Below are positions 53,079 through 64,000 of a stretch of 64,000 nucleotides of DNA, in pieces; the first letter of the stretch is position 1; the number at the start of each line of letters is the position of its first letter. Below the pieces are notes generated by a model. It was not told the origin of the DNA. It was given only the letters and a program-made list of their open reading frames with translations, and did no database searches. The position numbers and the translations under genes were made by a program. The stretch is from NCBI GenBank assembly GCA_951406725.2, contig OX597814.1, forward strand, positions 65,224,001 through 65,288,000, written 5' to 3'. The DNA is from Octopus vulgaris (taxonomy: Eukaryota).

Positions 53079-54640
53079 TTTTTTCGTTGTTTTTCTTTTT
53101 TCTCAAGCACAAAGTGTTCGCATTTAAAAAAATCTTTTAGGACAGTACAGGACAAAACAAAGAGTGTGTGTGTTGTTGCCAGGGTCTTGCGTGTAAACTG
53201 GGTAAAACAAATTCAACAATGTGTATTCCTCAATAGGGCGAAGACGTTCTAGGGCTGCTCATGGAAAAACCCTATAAAAACCATCCTGACTTTTGGGGCA
53301 GGTGCCTTTTTTTTATTTTCTTTCCTTTACAACGACTACAGGCTTGTGCTCAGGGCAGGCCCGTTCATACGCACCATTCTCGCCACTTTCATCCACCTTC
53401 CAGCAAACTAGCTAAAAGATAACACTTCCCTTTCTATCCCTATATTCATTTTCAAGAGAAAATTGAAGAGGTTGATTAAGGATTGGCCAAAGAGAAAAGT
53501 GTTTGTCTTCAGCCCCTTCTGTCTCATCCACTATACAAACTCTTTTGTCATGGCCACCAACAATATACAGAAAACGTTCCCTTTCCGATTAGAAGAAGAC
53601 GGTGGTGCGATATTCACAATAGATTCAGTTGATAGCCGGATCCCTCCTACACGCGACAGCAAGTGTACAACATAAACTCACAGGTCAGCAATGCTCTGGA
53701 ACTGGACAAGAGCATAAAAGATCGTCTCGTCGTCCTGCGCATATCTCGGACATGCGCGGCTGACGGGAATTCCGTACCTGTAAAGTTTATCTCGAACCGG
53801 CAAAACTCCTCGGTAGCACTGCCAGGCCAAAGACTTTTGGAAATTAACCATCGGTCCCGTGCTGAAAGTTCTCCGGAAAAGAGCGGCTAGCTGATCTCTG
53901 ATGCCCAAGGTCTCCCCAAGAACGCAGTCGCACTTTCCCTATTCTATTCTATTATTATTCTCTATAAAAAAAGTCGACGTTCCACCTTTCGCAGTGTCCG
54001 ACTCTCTGATGGCAGTGAGCGTTTGAAGATATTCCATTTCACAAATGTCTTCTCTCAGTCTGTTTTACCCAGGTCTGCAGCTCCGTTAAAGGGACTAGCT
54101 GTGGAAATACTTGTCTGGCAAACAGCAACCACACCTGTTCACCGTCAAGGAAGCACTGGAGATGTCGTAACCTCAGCGCATATCTGCTCATCTTCAACCA
54201 CGGCATGCCCAGGCCACCAGGCAGCATGAGTTTACAGCAAATAGTCCACTGGATCATCGGGGAGGGGGGGGTCCATCCACATAAAGAGGAAGAGTATACT
54301 CCAGCGTAATCAGACGGTAGTAGATGACAGACGTGATGTACACGTTAGCTACCTTTGTTCGACCTTTCAGGGATAGCTTCCTCGGTCCATTTCTGAGTGA
54401 TAGTAGACACCTTACTCGTTACCTCGTCGCTGTGTTAGTCCACTTGGAGGTCCGGGCCAAACCAGACCCCGAGGAATTTAACCGTTCCGTCTGTCCAGCG
54501 CCCAATGTTGCAGTTGGACGGCATGGACAGGCTTCTCCAGGTGCCGAGCCGCAAGGCCACTGACATTTACCGGTTAAATGCCACTGCTGATGCCGGTGCC
54601 GGTCATTTCCATGTGTTTATGATCCGACACCACTACGTTG
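53079..54640 (-). mobile_element. Tx1/L1-group LINE 3' fragment
   Basis: GGLGMPWL..R.ALRLRHL; FQKSLAWQCYRGVLPVRDKL..ACPR..DETIF (zf-RVT-like); A-rich tail at 53079-53102. Confidence 0.8.
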
Positions 54641-54659
54641 GTTGGTTTTATACAACAAT

Positions 54660-55050
54660 TTAATCAAATGGTTGCAACTTAAAAGCCTTTCGTAGAACCT
54701 ATTCACTAGTTTATCAGCAATCATTAAAATGCATAAAGCTTCCTCAGGACAGAGATTGCAAGATCTTGAAATCTATCTAGATATGCATTGTTTATTATCG
54801 ACCATGTGATGTAGTATAGCACTCTACCTTCCTTGAGTTTCCTAACCAGGTCAGCGGGTGATATGCAATGTTTCCAATTAATGCTTTTGAATAATGCAAT
54901 ATAGTTCCGATATCGATTTTTTAAGGAACCTGCAGTCGCATCACTATATACAAATACATCTACTAGTGTACGCACTATACATGTGTATATTACGTCCTCC
55001 GAAGGCATTCATTTTTCAGAAGACATGTGTTGCTTGTCATCAAACTACAA
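54660..55050 (-). mobile_element. Penelope-like GIY-YIG endonuclease remnant
   Basis: EDVIYTCIV..VY..ATAGSLKNRYRN..FK..LK..ITWSI and CNLCPEEAL. Confidence 0.75.
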
Positions 55051-55319
55051 TTGCTTACCACACTGTTTTCCAAATTGTTGTGACCTGTCTTTCTTCTATT
55101 CTTAATTATATCTTTTTTTCTGTTTTTATTCTTAGATCTCTAAACGTATCCTTCATTTCCATCCTTGTTGCTGTTTCTAGTTCTACTATTATTGAGATTT
55201 TCAGCGTATCTATTTTTACTCATATTATTCTTGCCATTGCCTCTCTATCTTATAATTATTTGGATGAGCTTGATTCATTTTTTCATAGCCATTACCATTT
55301 GTATTAGATAGACCATTTC

Positions 55320-55580
55320 TATCTTTTTCCCCTCTAATTATGTTAGGCGACGCCTAGATTATCTTTCTATTATTAAGTTTATGAATCTAATAACCTCCGT
55401 TATTAGCAGTAGAGTATGATAATTAAACTACACGCTTGTCAAAAACTTTGTGGAATTTGTTAGATTTTATATTCTACACCTTGGATATAAAATAATGATC
55501 CCAAAACATCTTACCTATACATGACAGGTGTAAGAATGCGTCGAAACGATTGTCACGACTTTAATAAAGACTATCGATAA
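55320..55580 (+). mobile_element. short repeat (Penelope pLTR-like), homologous to 46300-46490
   Basis: gcgtc-GAAAC-gatt-GTC at 55538-55554 followed by aataaa; shared blocks with the 46.3-kb copy. Confidence 0.55.
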
Positions 55581-55915
55581 TTCCATTTTATTTCACTTGT
55601 GTGTGTATATATGTATATATATATATGTATCCATGCATGTATGTTTGAATATATGTATGTATGTTTGTATGTATGTATCTATACACACACACATACTCAC
55701 TCACACACAGAGAATAAGTATAATATATTTTGCATAGAATAATATGATTTTCAGGTATATAATGATTACTAATTGTACGCGTTCCTGGGGTATTGTTGAT
55801 ATGCATACAAACAGCACACACATTCACGTACACACGCGCACACACGCAAGCAAATACACACACAAACAAATATATATAACATATACTTACGACACTGCAT
55901 GTGTATGTGTACAGA

Positions 55916-55946
<31 letters not shown>

Positions 55947-56443
55947 CTGTGTGTCTGTCTGTCTGTATATATGTATGTGTGTGTGCGCGCGTGTGTGTGA
56001 ACGAGCTTGAGTATATGTGGATGTATGATTGCTTACCAATTTTGGGGTTTGGGTATAGGGCATACTGGTACACCTAACCTTTTGAAGAATCTGAGGCCAT
56101 TTTGAATGTGACTTTTCAAGCTCTCGTCTCTGAAGCACACGAACAACGTATGACACACCTGAAGGATACAGTATAGTATGACACACTATAGAAGTTTGTC
56201 ACATGCTGACTACAGCAATGACATCATAATGATCACAATTGGTTATACTATGTTTCCCAGAAGAGGAAACTCTGATTAGGCTATATTCTTCACTTGAAAA
56301 ACTATTCCTATTAGTTAGGCTGATGTGTTCATTGTGAAAGGCAACATTGCAACAACCTTTTCCTTTTCCTCATTGTCTTACCATTTCCTGCACGAATGAA
56401 GAGAGATATTTCCAACAAAACAATATCAAGTCGTTTTAGATAT

Positions 56444-57503
56444 CACCTTAACCGACCAATCCGTCGGGCGTCCATTTGATACCGCTGGTCACAGCACGCT
56501 GTCCACTCCTCTCTGGATCGCGCCTTTCTCATCCATGTGATCCCAATGGCCCTCCTGAAATCGTAAGTCCATCGTTGTGGAGGCCTTCGGAGTGGTCGTT
56601 TTCGCTCGCGCGGGTCCACCGATTATCGGTGAGCCGAGCGACGTGTCCAACCCATCTAAATTTGCTGCGTGTATATTCTACGATGATATCCTTCACGCCG
56701 GACTTCTCTCTGATGACCTAGCTACTGATGTGCTCTCTCAACGAAATTCCAAGCATTGACCTCTCCATGGCTCTTTGAGCCGTTACCAATCTCTGTTCTT
56801 CTCTCTTTGCTGTGGCCCATGTTTCACTACCATATAACATTTCAGGTAGAACTATTGAGGAGGTTGGTGCGGGTGGTCTTGTCCAACCTTCCCTTGAGCA
56901 CATCCCTTATGCCATCAAACGCCTTCCATCCGGCCCTTACTCTCCGTGAGATCTCCTTTTCGATATCTCGGCACATATTCACTCCCTGTCCCAGGTAGAC
57001 ATATTCCTTTACCTCCTCTATTTCATCACTGCCGATCACCATTCGACCTGTTGGTATGTTGTCTAACACAACTGCTTGAGCGAGCGAATGAGTACAAGCT
57101 GCCTCTTTGCGTTGCGTATGTAGACTATGAGAAGTCCTTCGACAACGCAGTGCTGAACTCGCTGCAGAAGCAAGGAATCGAGGCGTAATATGTGCAACTG
57201 CTCAGGGAGGCAAATTCAGGATGCACCTCCGATATAACTCTGCTGTCATCACCTGTACGAGTGCGGTCGAGAAGGGAGTTTAGTAAGGTGATACGATCTC
57301 TCCAAAGCTTGTCACCGACCATTTCTCGAGCAGATCATCAGAGGCATCGACTGGCAAGGCGGTGTCAACATCAATGGCGAGCTACTCACCCACCGCCGTT
57401 TCGCTGATGATATCGTGATCATCGCTGAAACCACGGATCAGCTTCAGACCATGCTGACGGAGCTTGACATCAAAAGTTCTTCAGTAGGTCTCAAGATGAA
57501 CCG
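56444..57503 (-). mobile_element. RTE LINE insertion with 5' inversion
   Basis: Minus strand 57070-56444: EVKEYVYLGQ, EISRRVRAGWKAF, LYGSETW, AQRAMERSMLG; plus strand 57063-57503: LERANEYKLPL..VDYEKSFD, GDTISPK, RFADDIV, GLKMNR; TSD tttagatat at 56435-56443 and 57504-57512. Confidence 0.92.
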
Positions 57504-58505
57504 TTTAGATATATTTCATTTAAATTTTATCATTTAAATAAATTTGGAAAGCCATTGAAACATTAAACTTTAGGTATTGAATATTATCAAGCCTTCAGTG
57601 AAATAAACTAAATGTTTTGTCGATATGTGCAAGGTCGAAAAGTCCTAAGATCAAAAGTGCCCAAACCATGGAATTTAAGTCTGTCTCTATTCGTATTATC
57701 TTTCCATTGTATTGGGTGATCGTGTAGAGGCTTTATCGAGGGATAGTCAACGGATTCCTTGAATTAGTTGCTAAATTTAATCACAAATGTATTCTTTCTG
57801 AGTCTGAGATATACGCTCCCCGCAAATTGAGTTCAAGTTTCTTCTTCAGGACTTGTTTATAATGATTTTTATATAACAACTTATGGGTGTGATTGGGAAA
57901 TGTCGAGCCATATAAAAATTACCCAATATATCTTGGCGATTTATTCCTATAGGAATCATCAATTTTTCAAAACATTACTCTGTCGTACTTTAGTCTTTCG
58001 ATAATGCAATGTCCATGCAACCAGACCTACAACCGGGCCTCCAAAACTGTTGGGAGAAACGTATTCTCAACAGAGAAACCTAACACAAATGCTTGCGATA
58101 GAGCTGAATCCACTAAAGACGCTAAAATAACCTTGCATTCGTGTTAAATCTGGCAGTAGTTTCGGTCTACCACCTAATTATTCAATGGCATGATTAGATT
58201 TCAGAACACAGACAACTGCGACAGACACCACAAGGTATCCAGGCCAAAGTTCTTACAGATTCGCCAACCCATCTTCTTAGATTTGTACTTTTTCATTGAC
58301 TCAGAAAACGTGAAAGGTGAAATTGACCTCGATGAAATTTCAAATTAGAGTTGGAAAAATATTTCAAAGCTTAAGCCATTTTACATTATTTTTAATTTTG
58401 TCTATCTTATTTAGGATCCTCTGTTTTCGTCATACTCACGTTCTATATTTTAAGGCCTCTCCTCTGTTCTATGTTTTTTTATTTTGCTGGTTTATTCAGT
58501 TATCT

Positions 58506-58746
58506 ACGACGGGCTTCTTTCAGTTTCCGTCTACCAAATCCACTCACAAGGCCTTGGTCGGCCCAAGACTATAGAAAGAAGGCACTTGCCCAAAGTGCCA
58601 CGCAGTGGGACTGAACCCGGAACCATGTAGTCGGTAAGCAAGCTACTTACCACACCACACAGCCACTCCTGCGCCTATAGCTACTTACCACACAGCCACC
58701 CCTGCGCCTATGGCTACTTACCACACAACTACTACTGCGCCTATAG
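58506..58746 (-). mobile_element. SINE family B head with triplicated 5' 33 bp
   Basis: gctacttaccacacagccactcctgcgcctata repeated three times at 58642-58746. Confidence 0.9.
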
Positions 58747-59747
58747 AAAATATATATAATTAAAATCTCGACACCTCAACACTCTTTACCAGAATGTTTG
58801 GTTAGTGGCTTAGTGACATATATTTCTTGCTGATTACATTCGTTCTCTAACTTTTCCATCAATGAGACACAGTAAATTTAGTATAGATAATAAGTTGGCT
58901 TTGAAAAATATATTCTTCGTCCACTAAAGCAGTTGCCAAATTTTTGCGACATAACGCTGGAAATAATTTCGTCCTCAACAGCGGGAAATACGAGAAAGAT
59001 ATTCTACATAAAATAAAGCCGTGTAGAATATGCAGTAGTCTCTAGACAACCGTCTCATACAGGTCAGCGTCTGGATCATTGTTTAACATAGTTTATGTAT
59101 TATTTACGAAATTATGTCAATGAAATGTAAAGGTTTGAAATCAGGTAATATTCTTCTAAACAAAATCCATATTACTGCAAATATGAATACGAAATGGTTA
59201 CAACTAAAAACATCTTCAAGTTTAGACGAGAGAATAATTCCTATATTGATGGCATACTCAAAAGAACTATATGTCAAAAGACAGATAAAACATCTGTGCT
59301 CCAGGAAAAAATCATAGTAGAAATTTCTGAAATGAAAATATTGTTATTTGCATTGAAACATGCACAAAAGTAAAGCTGTTGGTGAATTTGAGGTGCATAT
59401 ATAAATATACAAGCAAACATAAAGAAAGCCACATATGTTTATGCAAAAGAAACACATATACACAAACACACAGATATCTACATAATATTTACGTGAATGT
59501 GTGTATGTGTGTGTGTGTGTGTGTGTGCGTGCGTGCGTAAGTGTGTGTATTATACGTGGCATTGCAAGCATCCAAGTTTGAGTGTGTGCTTATGTTTGTA
59601 TTTGTATCAGATTAGCAGCTAACATAGATATTCATTTAACGTTTTTAAACAAAGAAACACAAAATCAGCAATAACGTATGGACGTCTGTACATGAATACA
59701 TAGCACAAACATCCACAGATGAACCTATATATGTATATACACACATA

Positions 59748-59802
<55 letters not shown>

Positions 59803-59826
59803 ATATATACAAATATATACATATAC

Positions 59827-59870
<44 letters not shown>

Positions 59871-59975
59871 ATATGTGGGTATATATATATATGCATATAT
59901 ATATATATATGTATATATAATGTGTATATGCATATATATGCATATATATGAATACATATATACATACACATACAC

Positions 59976-60016
<41 letters not shown>

Positions 60017-61189
60017 CATATGTATACGTATATATGTACATACATCCATACATTATATATGTATATCTATACGTGTGTTTGTGCTTGTCTGAAACTTTGT
60101 GTGGGTAATTCTATATGCTTGTATATGTACACATACATACACACATATACATACACACATACATACATACATACACACATTTACATAGATACATACATAC
60201 ATACATACATACATACATACATACATAACAGTATGCATGCAAACACGGGAATAAAGATGAAAAGAGGCGATAGAAGCTTAAGAAGAGAACTGAAGGTGGG
60301 TATGGAAATAACAACAACAGCAACAGCAACATGAACAGAAAATAACAAACAAGTAAGGAAGTATGTAATGCGAGACGCCTTTTTGAAGCACAAAATAATT
60401 ATTTTGATGGCTCTCTGAATATTTCAGTGTCTAAATATCTGAAAATTGATCCGAAATCTCTGTATTTACGATAAAGTGCATCAAGCAAGTCTGGTGAATT
60501 ATTGTTTTGGTTTATACATTTTTTAATTTTATTTTTGTTATATTTATTTATTTATTTTTGTGGGGTGGCGTTGCTTCACTCCCTACGCCGTGCGGTGACG
60601 ATAAGAATTAGAACCCCGTTTCGTTTTCTAAACACTAAAAAGGCCCAGCGGAAACACCTTGATACGTTCCAGATGCAAATACGTGCCTTGTTATAGAAGG
60701 AATAAAAGAAGCAGGACTTTGTAATCAAAGAAAAAGTATATAAAAATGAACTCCCTGTGATACGATAGTGTGGCGCTGATGGTGATGGTGGGAGTAGAGT
60801 CTAACGTGGTGCTGGGAGCTTGTGATGGGAGTAGGAGTGACTCAAGTAAATATCGTTGCCGAACGATTTGTTTTTAGTTTATTAATAATCTATAATGTGT
60901 TGCTTGTATTAATTCATTTATGTTAATTTTGTTTACTCTGATGTAATATCTTTAGTGAATTATTGTTGTTTGTGGTGTTGCGATGGTATTGGTATGGTGA
61001 GGGAGGTTCTTTGTTTATCAATAACAGCAGGGACCAGAAGAATGCACGAACTTATCTGTATCTGTATGTAAGTACAGATATAGATATAGATAGATATACA
61101 TAAACACATACACAACACACACACAAACAAACACACTCATGCACATATATTGGTACATCTTAATCTCCTCTCCTTTCTGATCATCACAT

Positions 61190-61251
<62 letters not shown>

Positions 61252-61806
61252 CACACACACTAAGGTGATGATCAGAGGGGAGAGGAGGTTAAGAAATACC
61301 AACGGGAATTTAAGGTTCTCATATAGATTTTGTAGAGCGAAGTACTGTAAATTAAGAAATACACAACAAAATGGATAAGTGAAAGAAAGAAAGAAAAGAA
61401 AAGATAAGAAAAAGCAGCTATGGATAGACAGAAACAAAGAGAGATCTAAAGAAGTGAGATAAAATATAATGATAGGCAACGAGAATAGTTAAAGGGAAAA
61501 ATGAATAATTGTGTATAAAGTATATTACGTATTATAAAAACATAGTTTGGTGTAACTCCCCATACATGTGTGTGAATCTCGTCAAATGATAGAACTAACT
61601 CTAACAGAAGAATGATGAACGGAAATAGGGTAAAAGAATTACTCACTAAAAATTCTGAGGATTAATTATAAAAGTAATAAAGAATATAATATCCAACCTG
61701 AACGAAAGAACTGTAGTTCCTAGTAAATAAACAAAAACAAAGAAAATAAAATAAATATAGATAAATCATATTTATATTGTAAAAGCTGTTATGACTGAGG
61801 TAAGAA

Positions 61807-61883
<77 letters not shown>

Positions 61884-61905
61884 CATATATATATAAACAT
61901 GTGAA

Positions 61906-62210
61906 GGCGCATGACTCAGTGGTTAGAATGTCGAGCTTACGATCACGAGGTTGTGAGTTCTTGAGCAAGACACTTTATTTCACGTTGCTCCAGTTCACTC
62001 AGCCGTAGAAATGAGTTGCGACGTCACAGGTGCCAAGCTGTATCGGCCTTTGCCTTTCCCTTGGATAATATCAGTGGTGTAGAGAGGGGAAGCTGATATG
62101 CATGGGCGACTGCTGGCCTTCCACTAACAACCTTGCCCAGACTTGTGCTTCGGAGGGTAACTTTCTAGGTGCAATCCCATGGTCATTCATGACCGAAGGG
62201 GATACCCCTC
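61906..62210 (+). mobile_element. tRNA-derived SINE, family C
   Basis: A-box tgactcagtgg, truncated B-box gagttc, ttgagcaagacacttta..ttgctccagttcactcagc.gtagaaatgagt. Confidence 0.8.
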
Positions 62211-62283
62211 AATATATAAACATATGCATTTCATGTATATAACTTTTGTTTTGCAAATATATATAATTTATGCTTTAATTTTG

Positions 62284-62399
<116 letters not shown>

Positions 62400-62526
62400 A
62401 ACCTTTGTTTAATTTGAAGTTCATATATTTTGAAATTTGTTTTCACAATATTTTGAATATTCAGACCAATGTGTGATTTTATGTCTGTATGTGTGTAAAC
62501 ATATACATACTTACACACACACACAC

Positions 62527-62590
<64 letters not shown>

Positions 62591-63386
62591 GTATATATAT
62601 ATATGATATATTCAATAGATGTATATATACGCACATATATACATATAAGTGTGCGTGTTTGTGTGTATACATGTTCACATGTGCCTATGTATACATGTGT
62701 ATTTTCATATACATATATATGTATATGTATATACATATTTATATGTGCGTATACATATAGGTATATATACATATATAAGTATGTACTAATGTGTAGCTAT
62801 GTGTATGTAGACACACACACTCACACACACACACACACACATACACACATGATCTTTTCAGCAGCCCCTCCCACGCTGCTGTGATTGATGTGGTTACTGT
62901 TCAGCTTGAACATCTGCTGTGCAATGTTGGAAAAGAGGAAAGGTAGGCGTTGACAGTGAAGGTATAGTAATGATTTGTATTCTTGCCCAGAAAACACGAG
63001 AAGACTGCAGAACCAAAGGTACGAAATCTTGAAGGACAGACATATTATGAGTGACAGAAGGAGGAGCGCCGAATATGACGTACGGAACTGGGCGGAGACT
63101 TTTAGCAGGTAGTGAGTTCAGAATTATAATTATCGTCATTATATGCCTACGCATAATAGTTTACTGTTGAAACTCAACCCGACTAGAATTACCTCTCACT
63201 ACCTGGAAGAGATTAACTCAAAAATATACAATTTATGTAAGATAAGCTCAAAACTATCGAATTTTACACTAACGTAAAAGATGCCAAAACATTTACTGGT
63301 GGATTGTTAGTTCAGTGCTTATTATGCTTAAAGGTTATAGACTGAATGTTGCATTTTTTGGTGATCTTTACATAGATAAATATATG

Positions 63387-63447
63387 AATAAATAGATAAA
63401 TAAATAAATAAATAAATAAAGAAAGAATGAAAGAAAGAAAGAAAGAT

Positions 63448-63486
<39 letters not shown>

Positions 63487-63563
63487 CAGAAAGAAAGAAA
63501 GAAGGAAAGATAGAAAGAAAGAAAGAAAGAAGGAAAGAAAGAAAGAAGGAAAGAAAGAAAGAA
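63387..63563. repeat. (TAAA)n-(GAAA)n compound microsatellite
   Basis: Visible tract. Confidence 0.93.
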
Positions 63564-63969
63564 ATACTGTTCTTGTTTCTGATGATGTTTAGTGCAAGAC
63601 CAACCCTGATAAAGCGCCCGTTAAATCAAAGACTTTTTAACTTTAAGAGTACTGTTCTCTATAACAAAGAGCATATTTTCAATTGTGTTCTTTTTTAAGG
63701 CTTGAGGATATAATGTGATTGATACTTGTCTGTTATTTCTTATAAGACAAGTACCTGTAGAGGTTCATATATGCAAGAGGGCGGTGGGTTGATATCAATG
63801 AAAGAGTACGGAACAAAATGCCCTCTGATATTTATTTGCGTCTATTAATGATATCAATTTCCGCAATGGACAAAACATGTTTGTCTTTTATTAAAATATA
63901 GATACCGTACTAACTGATATTTTTCTCCCTCCAAATTAATCGACTTACTTTCAGCAAATGCAAATAATT

Positions 63970-64000
<31 letters not shown>

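Noticed and set aside
62894-63154. 86-aa non-repetitive ORF
   Set aside because: No recognisable homology; the length is expected by chance.

Overview
AT-rich eukaryotic intergenic or intronic DNA packed with microsatellites ((TA)n, (CA)n, (GATA)n, (TAA)n, (GAA)n, (TAG)n) and transposon remnants. The SINE and LINE repertoire resembles an octopus (coleoid cephalopod) genome; this is an inference from recalled repeat families, not a database search. I found no intact host gene, and nearly all ORFs in the track are microsatellite artefacts or transposon pseudogene pieces. Recognisable elements: a near full-length R4/Dong-type RLE LINE in a (TAA)n tract plus three other RLE-LINE fragments; a full-length Tc1 with TIRs and DD36E spacing; two RTE fragments (one with a twin-priming 5' inversion, one with three C2H2-like fingers); Tx1, CR1, Gypsy (integrase plus LTR), Penelope GIY-YIG and Helitron-like remnants; and many tRNA-derived SINEs, including a 6-unit tandem array. 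The most notable signal is a set of hammerhead-ribozyme-like folds tied to Penelope-type sequence. One is a small fold-back element present twice, whose core reads GUGAACA, a compensatory G3-C8 swap of the canonical CUGANGA.
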